Made by a program: the position numbers and the translations under genes
Shown here: one piece after another, positions 49,529 to 59,798 of the stretch
Numbering within the stretch: position 1 is the stretch's first letter
Layout of the letters: the number at the start of each line of letters is the position of its first letter
The notes under the pieces: generated by a model
Told to the model about the DNA's origin: nothing
What the model saw: the letters and a program-made list of their open reading frames with translations, nothing else
Database searches by the model: none
NCBI GenBank assembly: GCA_965246715.1
Contig: CBDFFH010000041.1
Coordinates: 1-64,000 of the forward strand
From: Chamaesiphon sp.
GTDB lineage: Bacteria; Cyanobacteriota; Cyanobacteriia; Cyanobacteriales; Chamaesiphonaceae
Reading direction: 5' to 3'
DNA: 64,000 nt

Positions 49529-50479
49529 ATGAATACTACCGAACCCAAATTTCAGCGAATTTTATTGGTTGATGATGACCTCACAGTGCGGGCAAGGGTC
49601 AGTGAATCGCTGGAGGAAGACGGTTTTGAGGTGATTTTAGCCAAAAACGGTAACGATGGGATTGCAGCATATCAGGAGCACCGTCCCGATCTGATTCTCG
49701 TCGATGCGGTGATGCCAATTTTAGATGGATTTGAGTTTTGCGAGCAACTCAAAAATTTAGGCGAGCGACTCACGCCCATCTTGATGATTACATCCTTAGA
49801 TGATAACGAATCAGTCGATCGAGCTTTTGCCGCAGGCGCGACTGATTATATTACCAAACCGATTAATTTATCGATTCTGCGTCAGCGCGTCAGAAATCTC
49901 ATCCGCCAATCGCACTCGATCGAGAAACAATTGAGCGAACTCCAACAAGCCAATCAAAATCTCCAATTATTAGCCAATTTAGATAGCCTCACTAAGCTAT
50001 CAAATCGTCGCGGTTTCGATGACTATATCGAAAACGAATGGGAACGGATGAAGCGAATTAAAGCACCACTATCATTAATCATGTGTGATGTGGACTTTTT
50101 TAAAAACTATAACGATAAATACTTGCACCCCACCGGGGATAAATGTTTGGTTAAGGTTGCCATGGCAATGCGAAATGCCGTGCGCCGCAGTGGCGATTTG
50201 GTGGCACGTTATGGTGGTGAAGAATTTGCGATCGTTTTACCAAATACCGATGCTTTAGGTGCGGTTTCTGTTGGCGAAAATGTACGCTCGGCAATTAAGA
50301 AATTACAAATTACCCATGAAGCCTCAGCTGTTTGCGAGCATGTCACGATTAGCGTTGGCGTATCGACGATCGTACCTACCTATGAAAATGATTTCCATGC
50401 ATTGATTCATGCCGCTGATAAAGCACTCTATCAAGCTAAATCTTTGGGCCGCGATCGAGTTAGGATGATTGTAGCCTAA
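49529..50479 (+). CDS. Response-regulator diguanylate cyclase (REC-GGDEF)
   Basis: LVDDD, LVDAVMP, DYITKP; DSLTKLSNRR, DVDFFK, RSGD I-site, GGEEF. Confidence 0.95.
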   Translation: MNTTEPKFQRILLVDDDLTVRARVSESLEEDGFEVILAKNGNDGIAAYQEHRPDLILVDAVMPILDGFEFCEQLKNLGERLTPILMITSLDDNESVDRAFAAGATDYITKPINLSILRQRVRNLIRQSHSIEKQLSELQQANQNLQLLANLDSLTKLSNRRGFDDYIENEWERMKRIKAPLSLIMCDVDFFKNYNDKYLHPTGDKCLVKVAMAMRNAVRRSGDLVARYGGEEFAIVLPNTDALGAVSVGENVRSAIKKLQITHEASAVCEHVTISVGVSTIVPTYENDFHALIHAADKALYQAKSLGRDRVRMIVA

Positions 50480-50498
50480 TTTTCGGCACTTCAAAATT

Positions 50499-51029
50499 AT
50501 GACTCAGCTCGATTTACCCACATTTTGGGCACTTATAGATATCTCGCGGGCGGCTTTTGTCGCGACTAATGCAACCGTCATCGGACGAGTTTCGATCGAT
50601 GATGGCGCGAGTATTTGGTACGGTGCGGTAATACGTGGCGATGTCGAACGGATCGAAATTGGTGCGCGGACGAATATTCAAGATGGCGCAATCCTTCACG
50701 GCGATCTTGGTAAACCCACGATCTTAGCAGCTGATGTCACCATCGGGCATCGCGCGGTAATTCATTCAGCCTATATTGAGACAGGCTGTCTGATTGGGAT
50801 TGGGGCGATCGTTTTAGATGGTGTCCGCGTCGGCAAAGGCAGTATCATCGGTGCAGGATGCGTGGTGACAAAAGATGTCCTACCCCATTCATTGATGGTA
50901 GGTGTCCCGGCAAAATACCTGCGAGCGGTGACAGATGTAGAGGCTGAGGAGTTAATTCTTCACGCCCGGAAATACGAGCAACTAGCATTAGTTCATGCAG
51001 GTAAGGGTACAAATCTAGGTTTTTTATAA
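50499..51029 (+). CDS. Gamma carbonic anhydrase family protein
   Basis: Hexapeptide repeats; IRGD, TNIQDGAILH, TIGHRAVIH. Confidence 0.92.
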   Translation: MTQLDLPTFWALIDISRAAFVATNATVIGRVSIDDGASIWYGAVIRGDVERIEIGARTNIQDGAILHGDLGKPTILAADVTIGHRAVIHSAYIETGCLIGIGAIVLDGVRVGKGSIIGAGCVVTKDVLPHSLMVGVPAKYLRAVTDVEAEELILHARKYEQLALVHAGKGTNLGFL

Positions 51030-51180
51030 AGTAGTTATAATATGCTTATCGCGATCGAACGAGCTAATTAACAACTTACTAATCGATCGGAAGCATCAAA
51101 AGGTTGCTTCTTATGTAAAGTGAATCGTTCGATCGCTTATTTTATTACTGCTAATCTACTAGATTTATTTTATTCAAAAG

Positions 51181-52044
51181 ATGCTGGTATCCAACAACTA
51201 TTGGAGCGTGATAAAATTCGCCCAAATTTCAGGATGGACAGAGGGATTAAAGCATATTATCGCTGAAGATATCGGTCGGATTGCTTGGAATGTATTTCTC
51301 GCATTAATTCCCCTTGCTCTCAGTTTTTCCCTTTTTTACAAGCCTAAATCGCGAGTATTTGTCTGGAGTACTTATCTTGTATTAGCTGCTAGCTTTTCGA
51401 TCGGCATTAAAAAATACAACGATGGAGATTTGCTGAAAGTACTAGAAAGAGTCATGCTGTCTTTATGGGGAGTCAGAGCGATCTTTTTAGCGATCGCGGT
51501 TAGCTTAATTATCGGATTAATTATCCTAGATGCTAGATTGCGCTCTCCAAATAATAAAAGTCGATCGCTGTTTTGGTGGATTGGATTATTACCATTTATT
51601 GCAATTTTGCCAAATGCACCATATATTCTAACAGATATCATCCATTTTTATGAAGCAGTACGAACTATTAGTTCGGTTTGGGCGATTACTTTAATTATCG
51701 TGCCAATCTATATCGTTTTTATTGGGATCGGCTGGTTTTCCTATGTATTTTCACTTGTGAATATTAGTAAGTATCTGATTCAAAACAACCTCGATCGATA
51801 TACAAGTATTGTGGAAATCGGACTACATTTTACTTGTGCAGTCGGTATTTATATCGGTAGATTTATCCGCTTTAATAGTTGGAGTTTAGTCACCCAGCCC
51901 AAGCAATTTTTGAGCGTGCTACCTGGCGAACTAATTGGTAAATTTCCGTTAGTAGTGATTTTAATAACTTTTTTAATTATCAGTATCTTATACGTAATAT
52001 CTAAGCCGATTGTCGATCGTTCGTCGCTTTATAGTCGTGCCTAA
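51181..52044 (+). CDS. DUF1361 membrane protein
   Basis: WNVFLALIP, LPNAPYILTDIIH, GIYIGRFIRFNSW. Confidence 0.9.
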   Translation: MLVSNNYWSVIKFAQISGWTEGLKHIIAEDIGRIAWNVFLALIPLALSFSLFYKPKSRVFVWSTYLVLAASFSIGIKKYNDGDLLKVLERVMLSLWGVRAIFLAIAVSLIIGLIILDARLRSPNNKSRSLFWWIGLLPFIAILPNAPYILTDIIHFYEAVRTISSVWAITLIIVPIYIVFIGIGWFSYVFSLVNISKYLIQNNLDRYTSIVEIGLHFTCAVGIYIGRFIRFNSWSLVTQPKQFLSVLPGELIGKFPLVVILITFLIISILYVISKPIVDRSSLYSRA

Positions 52045-52052
52045 TCGATCGC

Positions 52053-52544
52053 TCATTCTCGCAGTTTGACGAGGGCATCTTTAACCGTGTTCGGTAATTG
52101 CCGCATAATTTTCCCCTTTTCCCGATCGACTGCTACCAGTGTCACCATCCCTGTGAGATAGACAATTTGCCGATCTTCTGACTGAATCTCATATTCCCAG
52201 ACGATCCGCACACCTTCCATATCGATCGTCCGCGTTTTGACAATCGCGGACTCACCCATTCTCAAAGCGCGGCGATAGCGAATCGATAAGTCTACTACTG
52301 GTAAATCGCATCCGAGCGCCACCAAATCGGCAAAATCAATCCCGAGCGATCGTAGACACTCGACTCTCGCCTCTTCCATCCAAGTGAGATAAGTCCCATG
52401 CCAGACAACCCCGCCATAATCGGTATGATGGGGATGTACGACGATCGGATATTCAAACCAGCCTGCAGACATGGCTCGATAACTCAATTTCTCAATCGCA
52501 CTCGTCGCCGGAAGTCCAGCATCAATATCTGTAGTTTCTGACAT
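52053..52544 (-). CDS. 4HBT/YbgC-family acyl-CoA thioesterase
   Basis: VHPHHTDYGGVVWHGTYLTWMEEARV. ATG at 52544 chosen because the longer ORF overlaps the divergent gene. Confidence 0.9.
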   Translation of the reverse strand: MSETTDIDAGLPATSAIEKLSYRAMSAGWFEYPIVVHPHHTDYGGVVWHGTYLTWMEEARVECLRSLGIDFADLVALGCDLPVVDLSIRYRRALRMGESAIVKTRTIDMEGVRIVWEYEIQSEDRQIVYLTGMVTLVAVDREKGKIMRQLPNTVKDALVKLRE

Positions 52545-52641
52545 AATTATCGATATATCGTGCGTTATCTTAACTAAGTATTCACTAATCGATTGCGATT
52601 TGCGCTTTAGATTACAAATCATCTTAATACACCATCTAAAT

Positions 52642-53550
52642 ATGAATATACGCCGGATTGCCGCACTCGGGTTGGGGTTAATTGTAATTGCGCTCGGGAA
52701 TATCTTTGCGTTTGGCTCATTTGTGCCAGCCGGAATCGCACTAGAAAATAGTGAAATTTCAAGTTTTCCACAAATCGATCTCCAATTCACACCATCACAA
52801 CAAGCGATCGTCGGACAACTTCAAACAGCAAATGTGGTGTATCTTGGGGAAACGCACGATCGCCTAGCAGATCGTCAGCAGCAGTTAGCAATTATTCGGG
52901 CATTAATTAATCACCAACCGCGTCTAGCGATCGGTATGGAAATGTTTCAACGTCCGGCACAACCGTTCCTCGATCGCTATTTAGCAGGTAATATTACTGA
53001 AACCGAGTTAAGAACTAAAACAGAATTCGATCGCCGTTGGGGATTTAGTTGGGATGATTTCGTTCCACTTCTAAAATTTGCCAAAACCCATCGGCTTGAA
53101 TTAATCGCCCTAAATACTCCAACCGAAATTACGCGTAAAGTTGCCAAACAAGGACTAGATAGCCTAACTAAAGAAGATCTTCAATATATTCCACCACTGG
53201 CAGAGATCGATCGTAGCAATACTCAATATCGAGAGTCGATTTTGACTAGTTATCAGCAACATCTCGGCAGCGCATCGATAGCGAGTAAAACATTCGATCG
53301 CTTTTACACCGCCCAATTATTGTGGGATGAAACAATGGCGGAACGAGTCGCCAACTTCGTCAAACAACAACCCGACACTCGCGTCGTCGTATTAGCTGGA
53401 CGAGCGCATATTCTCTATGGTTATGGTATCCCCGATCGCGTGCGTCGCCGGATGGGACAAGCAAAATTTACCCACAAGACGGTATTACTCACCGATGAAG
53501 GCGATAAGCAACCACCATCACCTGCCGATTTTATCTGGGAGCGCCAGTAG
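52642..53550 (+). CDS. ChaN-family (heme/iron uptake, DUF399) protein
   Basis: Signal peptide; VVYLGETHD, IGMEMF, AQLLWDETMA, VLAGRAH, GIPDRV. Confidence 0.88.
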   Translation: MNIRRIAALGLGLIVIALGNIFAFGSFVPAGIALENSEISSFPQIDLQFTPSQQAIVGQLQTANVVYLGETHDRLADRQQQLAIIRALINHQPRLAIGMEMFQRPAQPFLDRYLAGNITETELRTKTEFDRRWGFSWDDFVPLLKFAKTHRLELIALNTPTEITRKVAKQGLDSLTKEDLQYIPPLAEIDRSNTQYRESILTSYQQHLGSASIASKTFDRFYTAQLLWDETMAERVANFVKQQPDTRVVVLAGRAHILYGYGIPDRVRRRMGQAKFTHKTVLLTDEGDKQPPSPADFIWERQ

Positions 53551-53643
53551 TATCAGTGAAAATCAAATACGCCGCACCCACTAGTAAGATAAATGCTTTG
53601 AACATCGCCATAAAATTCGATGCCGATCGACGATCGGTAAAAA

Positions 53644-54399
53644 TCAAGCAGAAGCACTGTTCTCAGCCTTAATCGATTTACTCGCAACAATTACTTGAGC
53701 TTCGCGGAGGATGCGATCGCCTTGTCGATAACCCCGTACCACTTCTTGAATGACACGCTCGGCAGGTGTTGAGTCGCTAGGTTGTTGAGCGATCGCGTAC
53801 ATACATTGGGAGTCAAATGGCTCTCCTAGCGCAAGAATTGGGGTGATTTGGCGGTGACGGAGGATCGTCAGGAGCGATCGTCGAATCATCTCGATCCCTT
53901 CTTGATTGCTGGTTAATGCTGCGAGATAGGTGGCGGTAGTTTCCGTTGGGACTGGATCGGGTTTGGCAGTTAATTTTTGCCACAAGCTGAGTTGTGGGGG
54001 TGGAGTGATGGCAATTGCGTCAATTTGAGTTTGGTGATGGGCGATGACTCGATCGAGATCGTCCATGACTGCCAGTAATTCTTTCGATGAGCTAGGATTT
54101 TCCGCAGTTTTTGGGGCTGGTGCGGTAAGTTGTAATTGCAACTGTTCGTTACGCAATCGTTCTAAATCTAATGACTGTTGAAGTTCGACGTTAGTTGATT
54201 GGAATAGTTTATTTTGTTGCTTTATTTCCTGACGTAAAGCAATCCATTCACCAACCATTTGATAGGGATCGAAGGCGGGTAGTGATTCAGGCGGTTCGCC
54301 AAGATATTCTGGCAGTTCTGGAGCTGTCTGAAGATAGTCTAGCAAGCGATTTGCTAGTTCTTGTCGATCGATCGTTGCTCGCTCTGAGAAAGTGTCCAT
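53644..54399 (-). CDS. GrpE-like nucleotide exchange factor
   Basis: Coiled coil, ELLAVMDDLDR, GEPFD..MYAI, EVVRGY..GDRILREAQVIV. Confidence 0.88.
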   Translation of the reverse strand: MDTFSERATIDRQELANRLLDYLQTAPELPEYLGEPPESLPAFDPYQMVGEWIALRQEIKQQNKLFQSTNVELQQSLDLERLRNEQLQLQLTAPAPKTAENPSSSKELLAVMDDLDRVIAHHQTQIDAIAITPPPQLSLWQKLTAKPDPVPTETTATYLAALTSNQEGIEMIRRSLLTILRHRQITPILALGEPFDSQCMYAIAQQPSDSTPAERVIQEVVRGYRQGDRILREAQVIVASKSIKAENSASA

Positions 54400-54715
54400 T
54401 GGTTCAATTTTGATTAGTTGCTAATTCTTGTCGATCGATAAACATCCTGCTGACTTCTGACTTCTGTTCGGATCTAGTTCATTCTAGTGGGGAGGGCAGA
54501 TTTTGCTGAAAAATCGTTGGTAAGTAAGTAGGTGCAATTATTTATAAAATATATTATGCCTGAAACCTAGATGGTGGGCAGTGCCCACCCTACGCGACTA
54601 ATGATTGTCTGCCTCTACTAAAAAATTGTTGATATATATCGAAGGATATTTGCATAAACCTGCCCCTACAGATCCCAACTTTAGAGAATGAAATAGCCCT
54701 GTACTTCTGACCTCA

Positions 54716-55012
54716 TTAAAATGTGTCTCGGAGCATGGTTTCTAGGCTTACTTCTAGATGGGCGGTGAGTGTTTTTTTCAGTTGCTCGATGACGGCTGGA
54801 TCGATCGAAATTCCGAGTGGTTGTGGCTTGAAGAAATTCTCATTTAAACGTTTACAACCCTTCTGAATATCCTCATAAGCGGCACGAATAGCTTTGAATT
54901 CGGCAGGATGGGTTCGGGCAGGAAATTCGCGTAACTTGGTGTGGTAGGCGGCTTTAGCTTGGGCTGGGGTGGCATCTGGTTGAATGCCGAGGAGATCGTG
55001 GGGAGAAGTCAT
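54716..55012 (-). CDS. Small J-domain-like protein lacking HPD
   Basis: PHDLLGI..DAT..QAKAAY..KLREFPA....EFKAIRAAYE. Confidence 0.8.
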   Translation of the reverse strand: MTSPHDLLGIQPDATPAQAKAAYHTKLREFPARTHPAEFKAIRAAYEDIQKGCKRLNENFFKPQPLGISIDPAVIEQLKKTLTAHLEVSLETMLRDTF

Positions 55013-55039
55013 TTAAATTATGAATTATGAATATCGTTT

Positions 55040-57469
55040 TTAAAGATCCATGAAGGTGCGTTTGCGTTTTTTGGTATTTGGTGAGCCGAAAATAGCATCT
55101 AAGTCAATATCATCGTCATCCTCAAAATCATCATCATCGAAACTGTCATCACTCAGACCGGGCATATCGTTGAGAAATTTCTGTTTGAGGATGGGCATCA
55201 ATCGATCGAGTTCGGCGCGGGACATCCTCTTTCCGAAGGTTTCGCGAATCATTTCTTCGAGCGCTGCCCCCAGCATGGCTGGCATTACTACCTCAAAATC
55301 ATCATCGTCATCAAACCCAAAGCTTTGCATTCTTTGCTGTTCGAGGTAATAATCTTCGACGCGGAATGCTTGTAAAGCTTTAGCATCCTGCAACCGCCGA
55401 GCTAGCTCGAAGCCTGCAGATCGAGATTCGTCATAGGGTTTACTATGAGGCAAAAAAGTTGTCGCTTTGGCTAGGAGCAAGAGCGGATTTTGGGGTTCGT
55501 GGGATAGGGATGTCTCGATAAACGATCGCAATGATGTCTTTTGGGCGAACCACCGCACTTGGAGTTGGAGTGAGGCTAGGGCATTGCCAGGTTGGGGAGC
55601 CGCAGCGAGATAGAGCTTCAATGGCAATTCCAGTTTAGCTGGATTGTTTTCTTTGATGGCTAAGACGATGAGATGAATGGCTTGCGCTTCCGGGACTGCG
55701 GGAATCAGCGCGACAATTTTCAGCATGTATGCCGTACTCAGTGCGGCGATACCTTTGTCCCGTTTCGATAATACTTCGATCGATAACACGATCGCTTGAA
55801 GTACTGGTAACTGTTGCGGTGCAGTTAACCCTTTCAAAAGTTTATCCCAGGCGGTGGTGGCTTTGGCTTGGTCGATCGAAATTTTGCCCGTACTTGTAGA
55901 CTTTCCTGTTGCTGACTCTTTGAAAATTTGGCAAGCTCGGAGGGTGGGTTCGGTAGATTTCTCGGATGGGAGCGATCGACTGAATGAGTCATAGTCGTGA
56001 GTAGACAAGCTCTCGATCCAGGGTTCGATATTTATCTCGGCTTCGATCTGGAGATCGCCGAAGTTTTTGCCATAACGCTTGCGGATTTCGAGTATCTCCT
56101 GCTTACGGTTTGTTTCGATTAGGGCTTGCTGCAATGCTTTATACACTTCGATGAATTGACAACCCCCATCTAGTGCTGTGACGAACAGATCGATCGCCTC
56201 GACAGGATTGTCTGCCAGAAACGCAATTAATCCCTGGCGACCGAAGACTTCCGCTGAGGTGGGACAAATTCGTGCTGCTTGCTCCACCGCTCCTACAGCC
56301 ACGCGGTGCCGACCGAGAGCGATCGCACAATCCGCGATCGCGCAGTGCGCGTGGGCGAGGGTGCGATTGAGTCGATCTTCCGGCCAAGTGGTGGGATTCT
56401 TTTTAGCATCTTGTTCGATCCACTTAATCAAGCGCGTCAATAACCGTTGGCGTTCTTGATATTCGCCCGCTTCATCCAATACCTGTGAAAAATTAACAGC
56501 TAGTTTTGGATCTAGCTCTTTGGCTTGCATGAGTGGCTGCCAAAGCGCGATCGCACTGTCCGATCTGCCTTGAGTCATCGCCTGTTCGCCGGCGATTGTC
56601 AAAATTGTCGATTTTAACGCTATTAATTCGGCAATTCGCGGCGAGGCAGAGGTAAGTTTCAAGATCGCATGACCAGCATCATGAAAGTTACCCTCAGCCA
56701 TCAACTTCACGGCTGACAGCGCAGTCAAGACTTCTTGGGCAGCGCGATCGTTTTTTGGGACGATCGTCTGCCGTCCATCGCCATTAACCGCCTGTTGTAG
56801 CATTGCCAACTTTTGCAAGGCGGGATGACTGGGAAACTTCGGTTGACTAAAAAGAGCCAACATCCTCATCCCACCAAACCCTAACTTCAAACCTGCGGCA
56901 TCCCAATTCCCCTGCTGTTGCAAGGTATATGTCATCCAGGCATCGATCGAATCCCCAGGCGTGAGCGGTTTTTTCAACTTACTGAAATGGGGCACGGCCG
57001 ATCGCGGATCGCCAGCTTGTAGTTCCAATACTCCCTTCGCCCAGCTTAATTGCGCCGTACTAAAACGTTTGGGCTGGGTTTTAATCAGGCTTTCAACGGC
57101 GGCTCGATCGCCTTTAATTAGCAATAGTTTGAAATAGCAAATCCCATCATCCTTGGGCAATGTTTTATGCTCAAATGCAATGCTAATCAATTCCAGTGCA
57201 GCATCCAACTGATTTTGAGCCAGTAGCGTCTTGGCTAACCAGTAATGAATGTCTGCAACCAATCCAAGTTTTAATGCTTGTCTAAAGGAATTTTCCGCAG
57301 CTTTAAACTCGCTTTTTTCCAGTTCTTGCTGCCCACGCAGTCGCCATAATTCAGCTTCAGAGGGAGTACAGACAAAATCTGGCTGCGATCGCTGAATTTT
57401 TTTAATTTCATCGATCGCCTGTCGATATTTTTTCTGGGCTAACAGGGTTTGCAGTTGGGCTGAGGACAT
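55040..57469 (-). CDS. Large TPR-repeat protein with acidic tail
   Basis: All-helical TPR-like units (AENSFRQALKLG, HYWLAK, AHAHCAIADC, GRQGLIA); Asp-rich C-terminus. Confidence 0.82.
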   Translation of the reverse strand: MSSAQLQTLLAQKKYRQAIDEIKKIQRSQPDFVCTPSEAELWRLRGQQELEKSEFKAAENSFRQALKLGLVADIHYWLAKTLLAQNQLDAALELISIAFEHKTLPKDDGICYFKLLLIKGDRAAVESLIKTQPKRFSTAQLSWAKGVLELQAGDPRSAVPHFSKLKKPLTPGDSIDAWMTYTLQQQGNWDAAGLKLGFGGMRMLALFSQPKFPSHPALQKLAMLQQAVNGDGRQTIVPKNDRAAQEVLTALSAVKLMAEGNFHDAGHAILKLTSASPRIAELIALKSTILTIAGEQAMTQGRSDSAIALWQPLMQAKELDPKLAVNFSQVLDEAGEYQERQRLLTRLIKWIEQDAKKNPTTWPEDRLNRTLAHAHCAIADCAIALGRHRVAVGAVEQAARICPTSAEVFGRQGLIAFLADNPVEAIDLFVTALDGGCQFIEVYKALQQALIETNRKQEILEIRKRYGKNFGDLQIEAEINIEPWIESLSTHDYDSFSRSLPSEKSTEPTLRACQIFKESATGKSTSTGKISIDQAKATTAWDKLLKGLTAPQQLPVLQAIVLSIEVLSKRDKGIAALSTAYMLKIVALIPAVPEAQAIHLIVLAIKENNPAKLELPLKLYLAAAPQPGNALASLQLQVRWFAQKTSLRSFIETSLSHEPQNPLLLLAKATTFLPHSKPYDESRSAGFELARRLQDAKALQAFRVEDYYLEQQRMQSFGFDDDDDFEVVMPAMLGAALEEMIRETFGKRMSRAELDRLMPILKQKFLNDMPGLSDDSFDDDDFEDDDDIDLDAIFGSPNTKKRKRTFMDL

Positions 57470-57591
57470 GGGCAAAAGGTATTGAAGTGTTGTTGCCAAA
57501 CATAGATATTTTTGTGGCTCTGGGCTAGAATTGCCAGAGACTTGCAATTTCAAGTATCAAAAAACTCGATCGATAATTACTAGATTACCTC

Positions 57592-59406
57592 ATGGGCAGA
57601 ACTGTTGGGATTGACTTAGGCACGACTAACTCGGAAGTCGCGATCGTTGAAAATGGGCAAGCACGGATTTTGCCGCTCGCTGATGGCAGTTTGATGCTGC
57701 CATCTTGCGTGGGTTTTAGCGCGACTGGACAGTTATTAGTCGGACGCGAAGCCCTGCGCCAGTATGCCGCAGCACCCGATCGGACGGTGAAGTCAATTAA
57801 GCGATCGATGGGTACCGATGTCCAAACGAGTTTCCACATCGACACCAATGATATTCGTCAGTATCTCCCCCACGAAATCTCAGCAATTATCCTCAAAACC
57901 CTCAAACAACGCGCCGAACAAATATTAGGCGAAGCCGTCACCCAAGCGGTAATTACCGTCCCTGCCTATTTTACCGATGCCCAACGGCAGGCAACGAAAC
58001 TAGCGGGCGAAGTGGCGGGATTAGAAGTTTTACAAATTATTAACGAACCCACTGCTGCGGCTCTGACTTATAATGCTCGATCGGCAGAGAGTGAGATCGT
58101 TCTAGTCTATGATTTAGGCGGTGGTACCTTCGATGTTTCGGTCGTCGAAATTACGGGTGATGTCACCGAAGTCCTGGCCAGTCATGGGAATAATCGCCTC
58201 GGTGGGGATGATTTCGATCGCAGGTTGCAACTCCATCTCGCGGAACAGTTTCGGAAGACTCACAAAGTCGAGATCCCCGACGATCCCGCCACCCAAGCCA
58301 GACTGCTCCAAATCGCCGAACAGGTCAAAATCGACCTGAGTTCCCATGCCTTCGCCACCGTCAGAGAGACCTATCTCGGCACCAAGGGCAGCACCGGATT
58401 GCACTTGGAGACTGAAATCGCCCGCAGCGATTTTGAGAACCTTATTAGACCATTATTGACCGAGACGCTGACAGCGATCGATCGCGCATTAGAAGATGCC
58501 AGCTTATCAAAAGACGATCTCGATCGGGTCATCCTCGTTGGTGGTTCCACCCGCCTCCCATTAGTCCAATCAATGGTCGAAGAACATCTAGGACAAGCCC
58601 CGATCGATGGCGTACAGCCAGATCTCTGTGTCGCCCTCGGCGCGGCGATTCAAGCAGGTGTGATGGCGGGAGAATCGATCGATGCCATTTTAGTCGATGT
58701 CTGTCCCCACTCCCTCGGCATCTCCGCCGTCATCGATACCCCGATGGGGCTGCAAGACGGCTTCTTTAGCGTGATTATCCCCCGCAATAGCGTCGTCCCC
58801 GTCTCCCGTTCCGAAGTTTATTCGACGGTGATGGATAATCAACCCAAGGTCGAAATCGATGTCTTTCAAGGCGAAAATATCGCCGCTGAGGAGAATGTCC
58901 CCCTGGGTTCATTTACGATCGAAGATTTACCCCCTCGTCCCGCTGGATCGCTAGTTGTGGAAGTCCATTTTGACTTTGACATCAATGGTATTCTCACTGT
59001 CACCGCAACCGAAAAAGGTAAAGGCAACCAGGGTAGTTTGGTAGTTAACAATAGCTCCATCAATCGCTTATCTAGCCACGAACTAATCTCCGCCCGTGCC
59101 GAACTAGACACCCTATTTGCCGACGGCTGGGATATCGAAAAAACACCGACTTCAGGCATGTCACTAGCGCAGTCTGTCAGCCCAGAAAATGCCCTTGCCT
59201 CGAACGAAATCTTAGACTTACAAACTCGCAGTCAAACAGTTTTGGCAAGCTTAGAAGATGCCGAGGAAGTAAAGGAACTAGCAGGCTTAATCGATCGACT
59301 AAAAGTCTCGCTAGCTGCTGGAAACTCAACTGCGATCGAAGCAACACAAGCTGAATTAACAGATTTTATTTATTACGCTACCAGTAACTCCGAAACTAAT
59401 TCATGA
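57592..59406 (+). CDS. Hsp70/DnaK family protein (specialised paralogue)
   Basis: GIDLGTTNS, TVPAYF, NEPTAAAL, YDLGGGTFDVS, LGGDDFD, VGGSTRLP, FDFDINGIL; divergent linker AILVDV. Confidence 0.95.
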   Translation: MGRTVGIDLGTTNSEVAIVENGQARILPLADGSLMLPSCVGFSATGQLLVGREALRQYAAAPDRTVKSIKRSMGTDVQTSFHIDTNDIRQYLPHEISAIILKTLKQRAEQILGEAVTQAVITVPAYFTDAQRQATKLAGEVAGLEVLQIINEPTAAALTYNARSAESEIVLVYDLGGGTFDVSVVEITGDVTEVLASHGNNRLGGDDFDRRLQLHLAEQFRKTHKVEIPDDPATQARLLQIAEQVKIDLSSHAFATVRETYLGTKGSTGLHLETEIARSDFENLIRPLLTETLTAIDRALEDASLSKDDLDRVILVGGSTRLPLVQSMVEEHLGQAPIDGVQPDLCVALGAAIQAGVMAGESIDAILVDVCPHSLGISAVIDTPMGLQDGFFSVIIPRNSVVPVSRSEVYSTVMDNQPKVEIDVFQGENIAAEENVPLGSFTIEDLPPRPAGSLVVEVHFDFDINGILTVTATEKGKGNQGSLVVNNSSINRLSSHELISARAELDTLFADGWDIEKTPTSGMSLAQSVSPENALASNEILDLQTRSQTVLASLEDAEEVKELAGLIDRLKVSLAAGNSTAIEATQAELTDFIYYATSNSETNS

Positions 59407-59762
59407 AATGTCCCGTTTGTCGGGCAACCTATCGGGTTGCTGCATCTCCAGATTCGATCGCGCCTTGTCATCGATGTGGTGCAGATCTAACGATGCTAAT
59501 TCAATTACAAGATCGCGCAATTGCTCATCACCGTCACGCGATCGAGCTATTCGTGGCTGAAGACTATTCAGGGGCGATTGCGGAGAATGATAAGGCCATT
59601 TCCCTACATTTCCACTATCCAGCCTTTCACGCTTTTGCAGGGCAATTATTCGCGCTAGAAGGGAAGTTCGATCGGGCAATTCGAGCGTGGCAAATTGCCC
59701 AAAAGTTAGATCCTCAAAATACATTTGCTCGTCTCCAAGAAAAAATTCGGAAACTGGCATAG
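59403..59762 (+). CDS. Zinc-ribbon + TPR small protein
   Basis: CPVC...CHRCGADL followed by two TPR-like helical pairs; ATG overlaps the Hsp70 stop (ATGA). Confidence 0.85.
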   Translation: MKCPVCRATYRVAASPDSIAPCHRCGADLTMLIQLQDRAIAHHRHAIELFVAEDYSGAIAENDKAISLHFHYPAFHAFAGQLFALEGKFDRAIRAWQIAQKLDPQNTFARLQEKIRKLA

Positions 59763-59798
59763 GCTCGATCGAATGTTATCATTTACGCATCCCACTCG

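Noticed and set aside
49027..49548. 173-aa minus-strand ORF, or a riboswitch upstream of the diguanylate cyclase
   Set aside because: Overlaps both neighbours, has atypical composition and no motif; no c-di-GMP riboswitch consensus recognised.
52545..52790. N-terminal extension of the thioesterase
   Set aside because: Overlaps the divergent ChaN-family gene; ATG at 52544 fits the family length.
57592..59406. Calling this the housekeeping dnaK
   Set aside because: Divergent linker and C-terminus and an atypical neighbourhood, so the gene symbol was withheld.
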